Positions 1-12,800 of a stretch of 64,000 nt of DNA are shown in pieces. Source of the stretch: Nemertoderma westbladi. Its lineage: Eukaryota > Animalia > Xenacoelomorpha. Where the stretch lies: NCBI GenBank assembly GCA_032718475.1, contig JAUCBJ010003878.1:1-64000 (forward strand), read 5' to 3'. Position 1 is the first letter of the stretch. Each line of letters begins with the position of its first letter. The notes beneath the pieces are model-generated. The model ran no database searches, was not told the DNA's origin, and saw only the letters and a list, made by a program, of their open reading frames with translations. The position numbers were made by a program, and so were the translations under genes.

Positions 1-968
1 GAAGGATCAGGATCATCTGATGCTCCTGCTGTTAGCAAGGAACACCCCAGTGGATCATCTATATCGTCTAAATCAGATACTGTAAGTGTTCTTGCCATAG
101 CAACTTTATCAACTTTTGGTATATACCAGCAAGAAGAAACATCATGACCTTGGAAAGGGCGTTGTGCCGACTTGCAGAAAACACATGTTTTATTTGATCT
201 TGAATTGGCTGATATGCTGGGCCGTTGTTTGGAACGGAATTTTGAAAAGCGACTGAAATTGATTTGCAAATCTTCTTGAGTGTTTAATTCAGAAATAATC
301 GCATCCATCGATTCCACAATCTGTGGCTGTATGTCTTTTAGAGTCTTTATTTGCAGATCATGTGCAAAGATACGTCCTATGTGTGCAGGTAAACGCTCAT
401 CTATCAGCTGTAGCCATAAATATACAGCCAGGCGTTCCGTGGTCGGAGACATTACCTCATCCTCAGTGACAGGAATGCCATCATGTAGCAATGGGGAGTC
501 AATGGAAAGAAGATTATCTTCTAAATGTGCACAAATTCTCTGGTACAATGCTTCATAGCGCTCCCCATCAACTCGCTTTGTTTGAGATAACTTAAGAAAG
601 TTAACTTCAGATTGTCGGAATCCGAAATGTTTACGGATCCTCTGCCATATCCATGGCAATGAAGTACTTTTTTTTGTTATTTCATTCCGCAAAAGCGATG
701 GAGCAAATTGTGCAATTAAGTCTACCATTCTGTTCAGATGGATACATTTCTGAACAGCTGTTTTGAATTTCGGTGTACCAGGTTGGTCATCAACTAAACC
801 CCGATTTGGAACATTGCATTTCTCCCATACTGCATGGGGGTCTATGAATTGGGCAAAATCATCGCATATTGATAAATGATATTGAAGATTTGTCTGCCAG
901 TTAGCAAACGATGTAATGGTTTCTGTCTCAGTCAGCACCCATTGTTTTGGAGGACGAAAATCAGCCAT
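1..968 (-). mobile_element. Gag-like ORF (5' part of gag-pol) of a Ty3/Gypsy-type LTR retrotransposon; open from ATG 968 off the window start
   Basis: Manual translation gives at least 322 stop-free codons: MADFRPPKQWVLTETETITSFANWQTNLQYHLS...WIWQRIRKHFGF...ERYEALYQRI...LEDNLL...LKDIQPQI..., with an extended zinc knuckle C-x2-C-x9-H-x4-C (CVFCKSAQRPFQGHDVSSC). Resembles gag N-termini of marine invertebrate Gypsy elements. Absent from the ORF track because no stop lies in the window. Confidence 0.8.
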
Positions 969-1337
969 AGGCCTACGGGTACAGGGGTACTCTCAATATA
1001 AAAGTTGTTAAACGCAAATGGCAAAATGCTGAAATAACTTTAACAGTTTAAGTTAAATTACGTCACATTAACGAACCTGTAACGTAACATAAACCAACCA
1101 GGGATTATTAGCAATTAAAACGTGCAGAGCAGCAGAAGTAGGCTGCAGTAAGGAGTAGAGTTGCCTACCGGAACATGGAACAGTAGCAGACTAAAGGTAT
1201 GCGGTACGGTACCGTACACTGTATGCAGGTATGCTGGAATGTTACCTTTACCGGTATAGCGGTATGTAACTCGGGTGATCTTCTTTCTGTAGGTTAAATA
1301 ATCAACAATCAAGTCGAAGTTGAACCGTCTCCGCCAA

Positions 1338-1551
1338 TATAGTTTTTAAGTAGCATGGACTCGAACTACACCAGCCACCACGCCAGACTATGAAGGAAGG
1401 CGATCCTTAGGTCAACCAACAACAGACTATATTATAACCTTCAGTAATTACATAATCACCTATCCCAACATAAAGACAAAACCCGGACCGGTATTAACCG
1501 TCAGTAACCCAGTACAGTTCTTCATATCAATCACAACCCATCACCATATCA
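1338..1551 (-). mobile_element. Candidate 5' LTR of the Gypsy element, followed by a putative primer-binding site
   Basis: Minus strand begins TGATATGG at 1551 and, after about 214 bp, is followed by TGGCGGAGACGG (1336-1325), a TGG-starting PBS-like motif upstream of gag. The 3' end is TA rather than CA and the second LTR is outside the window. Confidence 0.3.
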
Positions 1552-1585
1552 TATATCTATCTATAATAAAAGGTACAGTATGGCG

Positions 1586-1625
1586 TATAACACACTAGTA
1601 CCTTGTATGGTACTAGTGTGTTATA
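1586..1625. repeat. Perfect 17-bp inverted repeat (hairpin, 6-nt loop)
   Basis: TATAACACACTAGTACC-ttgtat-GGTACTAGTGTGTTATA. Confidence 0.9.
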
Positions 1626-2705
1626 GGTACAGTACACGAGTACACCTTCAGCAAATAAATCATGTATAACTACTTCGGCCTACGGCCTCAGTAATTATAC
1701 AGATTAATTTGCTTCAGGTATTATATCCGTATATTCCATTCTCGAACAGACAATAATTATAGTATATTATTTCAGTATTTAGTTATTTTGTTCCAGTAGG
1801 AGTAGACAAAGATTGGATGGCTGGATGGGCCAATTTGCCGATGGGAGGGGAGTAAGGAACTCCCCATAGCCTACTCTACTTCCCTTCTGCATTTCGCACT
1901 TGGGCTTATTTTGTTCCATTCTGCCATTAGACAAGGCACAGACAGAAGGATTGGATGGGAATGAGGAATACCCCATCCCAAACTCTACGTGCAGTGCAGA
2001 CGTAGACTTGTTTCAGTATTTTGTCACATTCTGACATTAGACTGTTAGACAAGGGTTGGACTGTTGGATGGGATTATCAGATTAGAGTAAGGAACGCCTC
2101 ATACTAGCATAATCGACTGCTGTATGTGGCCCTATTTCAGTATTTATTGGGCAAGTGCAAGGGTTGTACTGCTGTATGTGGTGCTGTGTATTAGATTTAA
2201 TTAAACCACAGAAAAAACATAAAAAACCGAAAAAAACCATAAAAAACCAAACAATAAAACCAAAACCAAAAAATAATTTTCAAAAAACCATGGTTTTTGC
2301 CATCCCTGCCCATGATATTATAAATTACAATATCATTTAAATTCGATATAAGCCTAGAGTTAAGCGAACAGACGACCACAGATACCTCTAGTACACAGAC
2401 AAACACACACTCGATATTTGTATATAGTAAAGTACCGGTACTGTAAAAGATACAAAAAAATACACCGGTGGTGATAATACACTAGGGAATTTTAACCGGG
2501 GGTGATTTTGTATGGGGCTGAAAATTTTCTGTTACACCGGCATATATTTGCGTCTTTGGTTAGATTTTTGTTAATTTTATATTTTCCTAACCTCTTCTCG
2601 GGACTCATAAACAAAATACTCACATGAAAAACGCCTGGGTAATATTGTTTAAACAAATCTTTATTCTTAAAAAAATGTTGTTTTAAATTTTCGTTTTTTT
2701 TGCAG

Positions 2706-3053
2706 CACCGAATTCTACTTCTCGGGGCCGGCGAATCCGGCAAATCTACGTTTATGAAACAAATGCGATATATCCATGGCAACGACTTTACGCAAGAGCA
2801 AATAGACGAGTTTCGCTGTATAATTTACTCCAACATCGTCAAGGGAACCAAAGTAATGTGCGACGCGCGTTCTAAGCTCGGTATATCCCTGGATAACACG
2901 TGCAACGAAGCGCATTCCGATATGCTGCTCGCTTGCGCCAACTGCGCCAATCTATTGCCATCAGAATTCGAGGAATTCATTGAACCCTGCAAGTCGTTGT
3001 GGCTGGATTCCGGAATCCAGGAGGCCTTCGATCGACGCAGGGAATACCAACTA
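2706..3053 (+). CDS. GNA12/13: G protein alpha subunit, G12/13 (concertina) class, internal coding exon with P-loop
   Basis: T-rich tract plus TGCAG acceptor (2701-2705); HRILLLGAGESGKSTFMKQMRYIHG...GIQEAFDRRREYQL; GTAAGT donor at 3054. The N-terminal exon was not found and is presumably upstream of the window. Confidence 0.95.
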
Positions 3054-3609
3054 GTAAGTTTGACCAGCTGTTTAACCCATATTCCCCTAGTCTTGCAATA
3101 TATATAACTTGTTGTTTTTCACGCAGCTTTCTGATACTGTTGTTGTGTCGAATCTTTCCATTTCTGAAACCCATTATAGTTTGCCACCACCATCACAATC
3201 TTCATCAAAGTATTCAACAAGATTCATAGCTGCTCGATATATATATATATTATAGATTTTTAAAATAATATATTTCAGCACCCACCATCTGTTCTAGTCA
3301 CTTCCAGTTCTTCCTCTAATCACCGAAAATTGACCCATAAATGGGTCAAAATCGAAGTTTCAAGCAGAAGGTGATAAGCAGTATACCGGTATCATTCTCT
3401 CAGGTTATATTTAACATCAGGATCAGACGATACTCGAACTGCATTCCCGACACTCTAAGCTTGTAGAAGAATATCAGATAGGAGGGAATTGATCCATCAC
3501 CAGGGGACAATTCACATAAATAACAGCTACCGGTACCCCTACCAGTATTGTTTTGGTTAAAGTAACATGTTCCTTTCCCTTGATTGATTATTATTTTATG
3601 TTTGTTTAG

Positions 3610-3660
3610 GGAGATTCGATAAAATACTTCCTTGATGCCTTAGACAGAATTGGACAGTTG
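3610..3660 (+). CDS. GNA12/13: G alpha 12/13, 51-bp exon
   Basis: TTTAG acceptor; GDSIKYFLDALDRIGQL; GTGAGT donor at 3661; phase 0/0 matches neighbouring exons. Confidence 0.93.
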
Positions 3661-3836
3661 GTGAGTTTAATTGGACAATAAATAAATATATAAAATCATG
3701 TTACATCATCACATTTTTATACTACCGGTAGCAAATAATTTAAGATTATTAGACAATTTAAGTGATTTGATATTATATATGAATGACTGGACATGTTGGC
3801 TATTTATTTTGAAATAGGCCTAATTGCTATTTTCTT

Positions 3837-6800
3837 GAGCAACAAGTTTCTGTGTGTGAGGGGGACCAGCAACAAGTTTCTGTGTGTGAGGGGGTCCAGC
3901 AACTAGTTTCTGTGTGTGAGGGGGTCCAGCAACTAGTTTCTGTGTGTGAGGGGGTCCAGCAACAAGTTTCTGTGTGTGAGGGGGTCCAGCAACAAGTTTC
4001 TGTGTGTGAGGGGGTCCAGCAACAAGTTTCTGTGTGTGAGGGGGTCCAGCAACACGTTTATGTGTGTGAGAGGGTCCAGCAACAATTTGATGTGTGTGAG
4101 GGGGTCCAGCAACAAGTTTCTGTGTGTTAGGGGGTCCAGCAACAAGTTTATGTGTGTGAGGGGGTCCAGCAACAAGTTTCTGTGTGTGAGGGGGTCCAGC
4201 AACAAGTTTATGTGTGTGAGGGGGTCCAGCAACAAGTTTCTGTGTGTGAGGGGGTCCAGCAACAAGTTTCCGTGTGTGAGGGGGTCCAGCAACAAGTTTC
4301 TGTGTGTGAGGGGGTCCAGCAACAAGTTTATGTGTGTGAGGGGGTCCAGCAACAAGTTTATGTGTATGAGGGGGTCCAGCAACACTTTTATGTGTGTGAG
4401 GGGGTCCAGCAACAAGTTTATGTGTGTAAGGGGGTCCAGCAACAAGTTTATGTGTGTGAGGGGGTCCAGCAACAAATTTCTGTGTGTGAGGGGGTCCAGC
4501 AACAAGTTTATGTGTGTGAGGGGGTCCAGCAACAAGTTTATGTGTGTGAGGGGGTCCAGCAACACGTTTATGTGTGTGAGGGGGTCCAGCAACAAGTTTA
4601 TGTGTGTGAGGGGGTCCAGCAACAAGTTTATGTGTGTGAGGGGGTCCAGCAACAAGTTTATGTGTGTGAGGGGGTCCAGCAACAAGTTTATGTGTGTGAG
4701 GGGGTCCAGCAACAAGTTTATGTGAGTGAGGGGGTCCAGCAACAAGTTTATGTGTGTGAGGGGGTCCAGCAACAAGTTTATGTGTGTGAGGGGGTCCAGC
4801 AACAAGTTTATGTGTGTGAGGGGGTCCAGCAACAAGTTTATGTGTGTGAGGGGGTCCAGCAACAAGATCAGCAACAAGTTTATGTGTGTGAGGGGGTCCA
4901 GCAACAAGATCAGCAACAAGTTTATGTGTGTGAGGGGGTCCAGCAACAAGATCAGCAACAAGTTTCTGTGTGTGAGGGGGTCCAGCAACAAGTTTCTGTG
5001 TGTGAGGGGGTCCAGCAACACGTTTATGTGTGTGAGGGGGTCCAGCAACAAGTTTATGTGTGTGAGGGGGTCCAGCAACAAGTTTATGTGTGTGAGGGGG
5101 TCCAGCAACAAGTTTATGTGTGTGAGGGGGTCCAGCAACAAGTTTCTGTGTGTGAGGGGGTCCAGCAACACGTTTATGTGTGTGAGGGGGTCCAGCAACA
5201 AGTTTCTGTTTGTGAGGGGGTCCAGCAACAAGTTTCTGTGTGTGAGGGGGTCCAGCAACAAGTTTATGTGTGTGAGGGGGTCCAGCAACAAGTTTCTGTG
5301 TGTGAGGGGGTCCAGCAACACGTTTATGTGTGTGAGGGGGTCCAGCAACAAGTTTATGTGTGTGAGGGGGTCCAGCAACAAGTTTCTGTGTGTGAGGGTG
5401 TCCAGCAACAAGTTTCTGTGTGTGAGGGAGTCCAGCAACAAGTTTCCGTGTGTGAAGGGGTCCAGCAACAAGTTTCTGTGTGTGAGGGGGTCCAGCAACA
5501 AGTTTATGTGTGTGAGGGGGTCCAGCAACAAGTTTATCTGTGTGAGGGGGTCCAGCAACAAGTTTATGTGTGTGAGGGGGCCTGCAACAAGTTTTTGTGT
5601 GTGAGGGGGTCCAGCAACAAGTTTATGTGAGTGAGGGGGTCCAGCAACAAGTTTATGTGTGTGAGGGGGTCCATCAACAAGTTTATGTGTGTGAGGGGGG
5701 TCCAGCAACAAGTTTCTGTGTGTGAGGGGGTCCAGCAACAAGTTTATGTGAGTGAGGGGGTCCAGCAACAAGTTTCTGTGTGTGAGGGGGTCCAGCAACA
5801 AGTTTATGTGTGTGAGGGGGTCCAGCAACAAGTTTCTGTGTGTGAGGGGGTCCAGCAACAAGTTTATGTGTGTGAGGGGGTCCAGCAACAAGTTTATGTG
5901 TATGAGGGGGTCTAGCAACAAGTTTCTGTGTGTGAGGGGGTCCAGCAACAAGTTTATGTGTGTGAGGGGTCCAGCAACAAGTTTATGTGTGTGAGGGGGT
6001 CCAGCAACAAGTTTCTGTGTGTGAGGGGGTCCAGCAACAAGTTTATGTGTGTGAGGGGGTACAGCAACAAGTTTATGTGTATGAGGGGGTCCAGCAACAA
6101 GTTTCTGTGTGTGAGGGGGTCCAGCAACAAGTTTATGTGTGTGAGGGGGTCCAGCAACAAGTTTATGTGTGTGAGGGGGTCCAGCGACAAGTTTCTGTGT
6201 GTGAGGGGGTCCTGCAACAAGTTTATGTGTGTGAGGGGGTCCAGCAACAAGTTTATGTGTGTGGGGGGGTCCAGCAACAAGTTTATGTGTGTGAGGGAGT
6301 CCAGCAACAAGTTTCCGTGTGCGAGGGGGTCCAGCAACAAGTTTCTGTGTGTGAGGGGGTCCAGCAACAAGTTTATGTGTGTGAGGGGGTCCAGCAACAA
6401 GTTTATCTGTGTGAGGGGGTCCAGCAACAAGTTTATGTGTGTGAGGGGGTCCAGCAACAAGTTTCTGTGTGTGAGGGGGTCCAGCAACAAGTTTATGTGT
6501 GTGAGGGGGTCCAGCAACAAGTTTATGTGTGTGAGGGGGTCCAGCAACAAGTTTATGTGTGTGAGGGGGTCCAGCAACAAGTTTATGTGAGTGAGGGGGT
6601 CCAGCAACAAGTTTATGTGTGTGAGGGGGTCCATCAACAAGTTTATGTGTGTGAGGGGGGTCCAGCAACAAGTTTCTGTGTGTGAGGGGGTCCAGCAACA
6701 AGTTTATGTGTGTGAGGGGGTCCAGCAACAAGTTTATGTGTGTGAGGGGGTCCAGCAACAAGTTTATGTGTGTGAGGGGGTCCAGCAACAAGTTTATGTG

Positions 6801-9800
6801 TGTGAGGGGGTCCAGCAACAAGATCAGCAACAAGTTTATGTGTGTGAGGGGGTCCAGCAACAAGATCAGCAACAAGTTTATGTGTGTGAGGGGGTCCAGC
6901 AACAAGATCAGCAACAAGTTTCTGTGTGTGAGGGGGTCCAGCAACAAGTTTCTGTGTGTGAGGGGGTCCAGCAACACGTTTATGTGTGTGAGGGGGTCCA
7001 GCAACAAGTTTATGTGTGTGAGGGGGTCCAGCAACAAGTTTATGTGTGTGAGGGGGTCCAGCAACAAGTTTATGTGTGTGAGGGGGTCCAGCAACAAGTT
7101 TCTGTGTGTGAGGGGGTCCAGCAACACGTTTATGTGTGTGAGGGGGTCCAGCAACAAGTTTCTGTTTGTGAGGGGGTCCAGCAACAAGTTTCTGTGTGTG
7201 AGGGGGTCCAGCAACAAGTTTATGTGTGTGAGGGGGTCCAGCAACAAGTTTCTGTGTGTGAGGGGGTCCAGCAACACGTTTATGTGTGTGAGGGGGTCCA
7301 GCAACAAGTTTATGTGTGTGAGGGGGTCCAGCAACAAGTTTCTGTGTGTGAGGGTGTCCAGCAACAAGTTTCTGTGTGTGAGGGAGTCCAGCAACAAGTT
7401 TCCGTGTGTGAGGGGGTCCAGCAACAAGTTTCTGTGTGTGAGGGGGTCCAGCAACAAGTTTATGTGTGTGAGGGGGTCCAGCAACAAGTTTATCTGTGTG
7501 AGGGGGTCCAGCAACAAGTTTATGTGTGTGAGGGGGCCTGCAACAAGTTTTTGTGTGTGAGGGGGTCCAGCAACAAGTTTATGTGAGTGAGGGGGTCCAG
7601 CAACAAGTTTATGTGTGTGGGGGGGTCCATCAACAAGTTTATGTGTGTGAGGGGGGTCCAGCAACAAGTTTCTGTGTGTGAGGGGGTCCAGCAACAAGTT
7701 TATGTGAGTGAGGGGGTCCAGCAACAAGTTTCTGTGTGTGAGGGGGTCCAGCAACAAGTTTATGTGTGTGAGGGGGTCCAGCAACAAGTTTCTGTGTGTG
7801 AGGGGGTCCAGCAACAAGTTTATGTGTGTGAGGGGGTCCAGCAACAAGTTTATGTGTATGAGGGGGTCAAGCAACAAGTTTCTGTGTGTGAGGGGGTCCA
7901 GCAACAAGTTTATGTGTGTGAGGGGTCCAGCAACAAGTTTATGTGTGTGAGGGGGTCCAGCAACAAGTTTCTGTGTGTGAGGGGGTCCAGCAACAAGTTT
8001 ATGTGTGTGAGGGGGTCCAGCAACAAGTTTATGTGTATGAGGGGGTCCAGCAACAAGTTTCTGTGTGTGAGGGGGTCCAGCAACAAGTTTATGTGTGTGA
8101 GGGGGTCCAGCAACAAGTTTATGTGTGTGAGGGGGTCCAGCGACAAGTTTCTGTGTGTGAGGGGGTCCTGCAACAAGTTTATGTGTGTGAGGGGGTCCAG
8201 CAACAAGTTTATGTGTGTGGGGGGGTCCAGCAACAAGTTTATGTGTGTGAGGGAGTCCAGCAACAAGTTTCCGTGTGCGAGGGGGTCCAGCAACAAGTTT
8301 CTGTGTGTGAGGGGGTCCAGCAACAAGTTTATGTGTGTGAGGGGGTCCAGCAACAAGTTTATCTGTGTGAGGGGGTCCAGCAACAAGTTTATGTGTGTGA
8401 GGGGGCCTGCAACAAGTTTTTGTGTGTGAGGGGGTCCAGCAACAAGTTTATGTGTGTGAGGGGGTCCAGCAACAAGTTTATGTGTATGAGGGGGTCCAGC
8501 AACAAGTTTCTGTGTGTGAGGGGGTCCAGCAACAAGTTTATGTGTGTGAGGGGGCCTGCAACAAGTTTTTGTGTGTGAGGGGGTCCAGCAACAAGTTTAT
8601 GTGAGTGAGGGGGTCCAGCAACAAGTTTATGTGTGTGGGGGGGTCCATCAACAAGTTTATGTGTGTGAGGGGGGTCCAGCAACAAGTTTCTGTGTGTGAG
8701 GGGGTCCAGCAACAAGTTTATGTGAGTGAGGGGGTCCAGCAACAAGTTTCTGTGTGTGAGGGGGTCCAGCAACAAGTTTATGTGTGTGAGGGGGTCCAGC
8801 AACAAGTTTCTGTGTGTGAGGGGGTCCAGCAACAAGTTTATGTGTGTGAGGGGGTCCAGCAACAAGTTTATGTGTATGAGGGGGTCAAGCAACAAGTTTC
8901 TGTGTGTGAGGGGGTCCAGCAACAAGTTTATGTGTGTGAGGGGTCCAGCAACAAGTTTATGTGTGTGAGGGGGTCCAGCAACAAGTTTCTGTGTGTGAGG
9001 GGGTCCAGCAACAAGTTTATGTGTGTGAGGGGGTCCAGCAACAAGTTTATGTGTATGAGGGGGTCCAGCAACAAGTTTCTGTGTGTGAGGGGGTCCAGCA
9101 ACAAGTTTATGTGTGTGAGGGGGTCCAGCAACAAGTTTATGTGTGTGAGGGGGTCCAGCGACAAGTTTCTGTGTGTGAGGGGGTCCTGCAACAAGTTTAT
9201 GTGTGTGAGGGGGTCCAGCAACAAGTTTATGTGTGTGGGGGGGTCCAGCAACAAGTTTATGTGTATGAGGGGGTCCAGCAACAAGTTTCTGTGTGTGAGG
9301 GGGTCCAGCAACAAGTTTATGTGTGTGAGGGGGCCTGCAACAAGTTTTTGTGTGTGAGGGGGTCCAGCAACAAGTTTATGTGAGTGAGGGGGTCCAGCAA
9401 CAAGTTTATGTGTGTGGGGGGGTCCATCAACAAGTTTATGTGTGTGAGGGGGGTCCAGCAACAAGTTTCTGTGTGTGAGGGGGTCCAGCAACAAGTTTAT
9501 GTGAGTGAGGGGGTCCAGCAACAAGTTTCTGTGTGTGAGGGGGTCCAGCAACAAGTTTATGTGTGTGAGGGGGTCCAGCAACAAGTTTCTGTGTGTGAGG
9601 GGGTCCAGCAACAAGTTTATGTGTGTGAGGGGGTCCAGCAACAAGTTTATGTGTATGAGGGGGTCAAGCAACAAGTTTCTGTGTGTGAGGGGGTCCAGCA
9701 ACAAGTTTATGTGTGTGAGGGGTCCAGCAACAAGTTTATGTGTGTGAGGGGGTCCAGCAACAAGTTTCTGTGTGTGAGGGGGTCCAGCAACAAGTTTATG

Positions 9801-12800
9801 TGTGTGAGGGGGTCCAGCAACAAGTTTATGTGTATGAGGGGGTCCAGCAACAAGTTTCTGTGTGTGAGGGGGTCCAGCAACAAGTTTATGTGTGTGAGGG
9901 GGTCCAGCAACAAGTTTATGTGTGTGAGGGGGTCCAGCGACAAGTTTCTGTGTGTGAGGGGGTCCTGCAACAAGTTTATGTGTGTGAGGGGGTCCAGCAA
10001 CAAGTTTATGTGTGTGGGGGGGTCCAGCAACAAGTTTATGTGTGTGAGGGAGTCCAGCAACAAGTTTCCGTGTGCGAGGGGGTCCAGCAACAAGTTTCTG
10101 TGTGTGAGGGGGTCCAGCAACAAGTTTATGTGTGTGAGGGGGTCCAGCAACAAGTTTATCTGTGTGAGGGGGTCCAGCAACAAGTTTATGTGTGTGAGGG
10201 GGCCTGCAACAAGTTTTTGTGTGTGAGGGGGTCCAGCAACAAGTTTATGTGTGTGAGGGGGTCCAGCAACAAGTTTATGTGTATGAGGGGGTCCAGCAAC
10301 AAGTTTATGTGTGTGAGGGGTCCAGCAACAAGTTTATGTGAGTGAGGGGGTCCAGCAACAAGTTTCTGTGTGTGAGGGGGTCCAGCAACAAGTTTATGTG
10401 TGTGAGGGGGTCCAGCAAGAAGTTTATGTGTGTGAGGGGGTCCAGCAACAAGTTTATGTGTGTGAGGGGGTCCAGCAACAAGTTTATGTGTATGAGGGGG
10501 TCCAGCAACAAGTTTCTGTGTGTGAGGGGGTCCAGCAACAAGTTTATGTGTGTGAAGGGGTCCAGCAACAAGTTTATGTGTGTGAGGGGGTCCAGCAACA
10601 AGTTTATGTGTGTGAGGGGGTCCAACAACAAGTTTATGTGTGTGAGGGGGTCCAGCAACAAGTTTATGTGTGTGAGGGGGTCCAGCAACAAGTTTCTGTG
10701 TGTGAGGGTGTCCAGCAACAAGTTTCTGTGTGTGAGGGAGTCCAGCAACAAGTTTCCGTGTGTGAGGGGGTCCAGCAACAAGTTTCTGTGTGTGAGGGGG
10801 TCCAGCAACAAGTTTATGTGTGTGAGGGGGTCCAGCAACAAGTTTATCTGTGTGAGGGGGTCCAGCAACAAGTTTATGTGTGTGAGGGGGCCTGCAACAA
10901 GTTTTTGTGTGTGAGGGGGTCCAGCAACAAGTTTATGTGTGTGAGGGGGTCCAGCAACAAGTTTATGTGTGTGAGGGGGTCCAGCAACAAGTTTATGTGT
11001 GTGAGGGGGTCCAGCAACAAGTTTCTGTGTGTGAGGGGGTCCAGCAACAAGTTTATGTGTGTGAGGGGGTCCAGCAACAAGTTTCTGTGTGTGAGGGGGT
11101 CCAGCAACAAGTTTATGTGTGTGAGGGGGTCCAGCAACAAGTTTCTGTGTGTGAGGGGGTCCAGCAACAAGTTTATGTGTGTGAGGGGGTCCAGCAACAA
11201 GTTTATGTGTATGAGGGGGTCCAGCAACAAGTTTCTGTGTGTGAGGGGGTCCAGCAACAAGTTTATGTGTGTGAGGGGTCCAGCAACAAGTTTATGTGTG
11301 TGAGGGGGTCCAGCAACAAGTTTCTGTGTGTGAGGGGGTCCAGCAACAAGTTTATGTGTGTGAGGGGGTCCAGCAACAAGTTTATGTGTGTGAGGGGGTC
11401 CAGCAACAAGTTTCTGTGTGTGAGGGGGTCCAGCAACAAGTTTATGTGTGTGAGGGGGTCCAGCAACAAGTTTATGTGTGTGAGGGGGTCCAGCAACAAG
11501 TTTCTGTGTGTGAGGGGGTCCAGCAACAAGTTTATGTGTGTGAGGGGGTCCAGCAACAAGTTTATGTGTGTGAGGGGGTCCAGCAACAAGTTTATGTGTG
11601 TGAGGGAGTCCAGCAACAAGTTTCTGTGTGTGAGGGGGTCCAGCAACAAGTTTCTGTGTGTGAGGGGGTCCAGCAACAAGTTTATGTGTGTGAGGGGTCC
11701 AGCAACAAGTTTATGTGTGTGAGGGGGTCCAGCAACAAGTTTATGTGTGTGAGGGGTCCAGCAACAAGTTTTTGTGTGTGAGGGGGTCCAGCAACAAGTT
11801 TATGTGTGTGAGGGGGTCCAGCAACAAGTTTATGTGTGTGAGGGGGTCCAGCAACAAGTTTCTGTGTGTGAGGGGGTCCAGCAACAAGTTTATGTGTGTG
11901 AGGGGTCCAGCAACAAGTTTATGTGTGTGAGGGGGTCCAGCAACAAGTTTCTGTGTGTGAGGAGTCCAGCAACAAGTTTATGTGTGTGAGGGAGTCCAGC
12001 AACAAGTTTATGTGTGTGAGGGGGTCCAGCAACAAGTTTATGTGTGTGAGGGGTCCAGCAACAAGTTTATGTGTGTGAGGGAGTCCAGCAACAAGTTTCT
12101 GTGTGTGAGGGGGTCCAGCAACAAGTTTATGTGTGTGAGGGGTCCAGCAACAAGTTTATGTGTGTGAGGGGGTCCAGCAACAAGTTTATGTGTGTGAGGG
12201 GTCCAGCAACAAGTTTATGTGTGTGAGGAGTCCAGCAACAAGTTTATGTGTGTGAGGGGTCCAGCAACAAGTTTATGTGTGTGAGGGAGTCCAGCAACAA
12301 GTTTATGTGTGTGAGGGGGTCCAGCAACAAGTTTATGTGTGTGAGGAGGTCCAGCAACAAGTTTATGTGTGTGAGGGGGTCCAGCAACAAGTTTATGTGT
12401 GTGAGGGGTCCAGCAACAAGTTTATGTGTGTGAGGGGTCCAGCAACAAGTTTCTGTGTGTGAGGAGTCCAGCAACAAGTTTCTGTGTGTGAGGGGGTCCA
12501 GCAACAAGTTTATGTGTGTGAGGGGTCCAGCAACAAGTTTATGTGTGTGAGGGGTCCAGCAACAAGTTTATGTGTGTGAGGGGTCCAGCAACAAGTTTAT
12601 GTGTGTGAGGGGGTCCAGCAACAAGTTTATGTGTGTGAGGGGGTCCAGCAACAAGTTTATGTGTGTGAGGGGGTCCAGCAACAAGTTTCTGTGTGTGAGG
12701 AGTCCAGCAACAAGTTTATGTGTGTGAGGGGGTCCAGCAACAAGTTTATGTGTGTGAGGGGGTCCAGCAACAAGTTTATGTGTGTGAGGGGTCCAGCAAC

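Noticed and set aside
280-558. 92-aa + strand ORF
   Set aside because: Antisense shadow of the minus-strand gag frame.
2700-3107. ORF-track start and end for G alpha (MQHR...VLQYI)
   Set aside because: The start is an intronic TTG and the tail after 3053 is intron read-through; true boundaries are splice sites.
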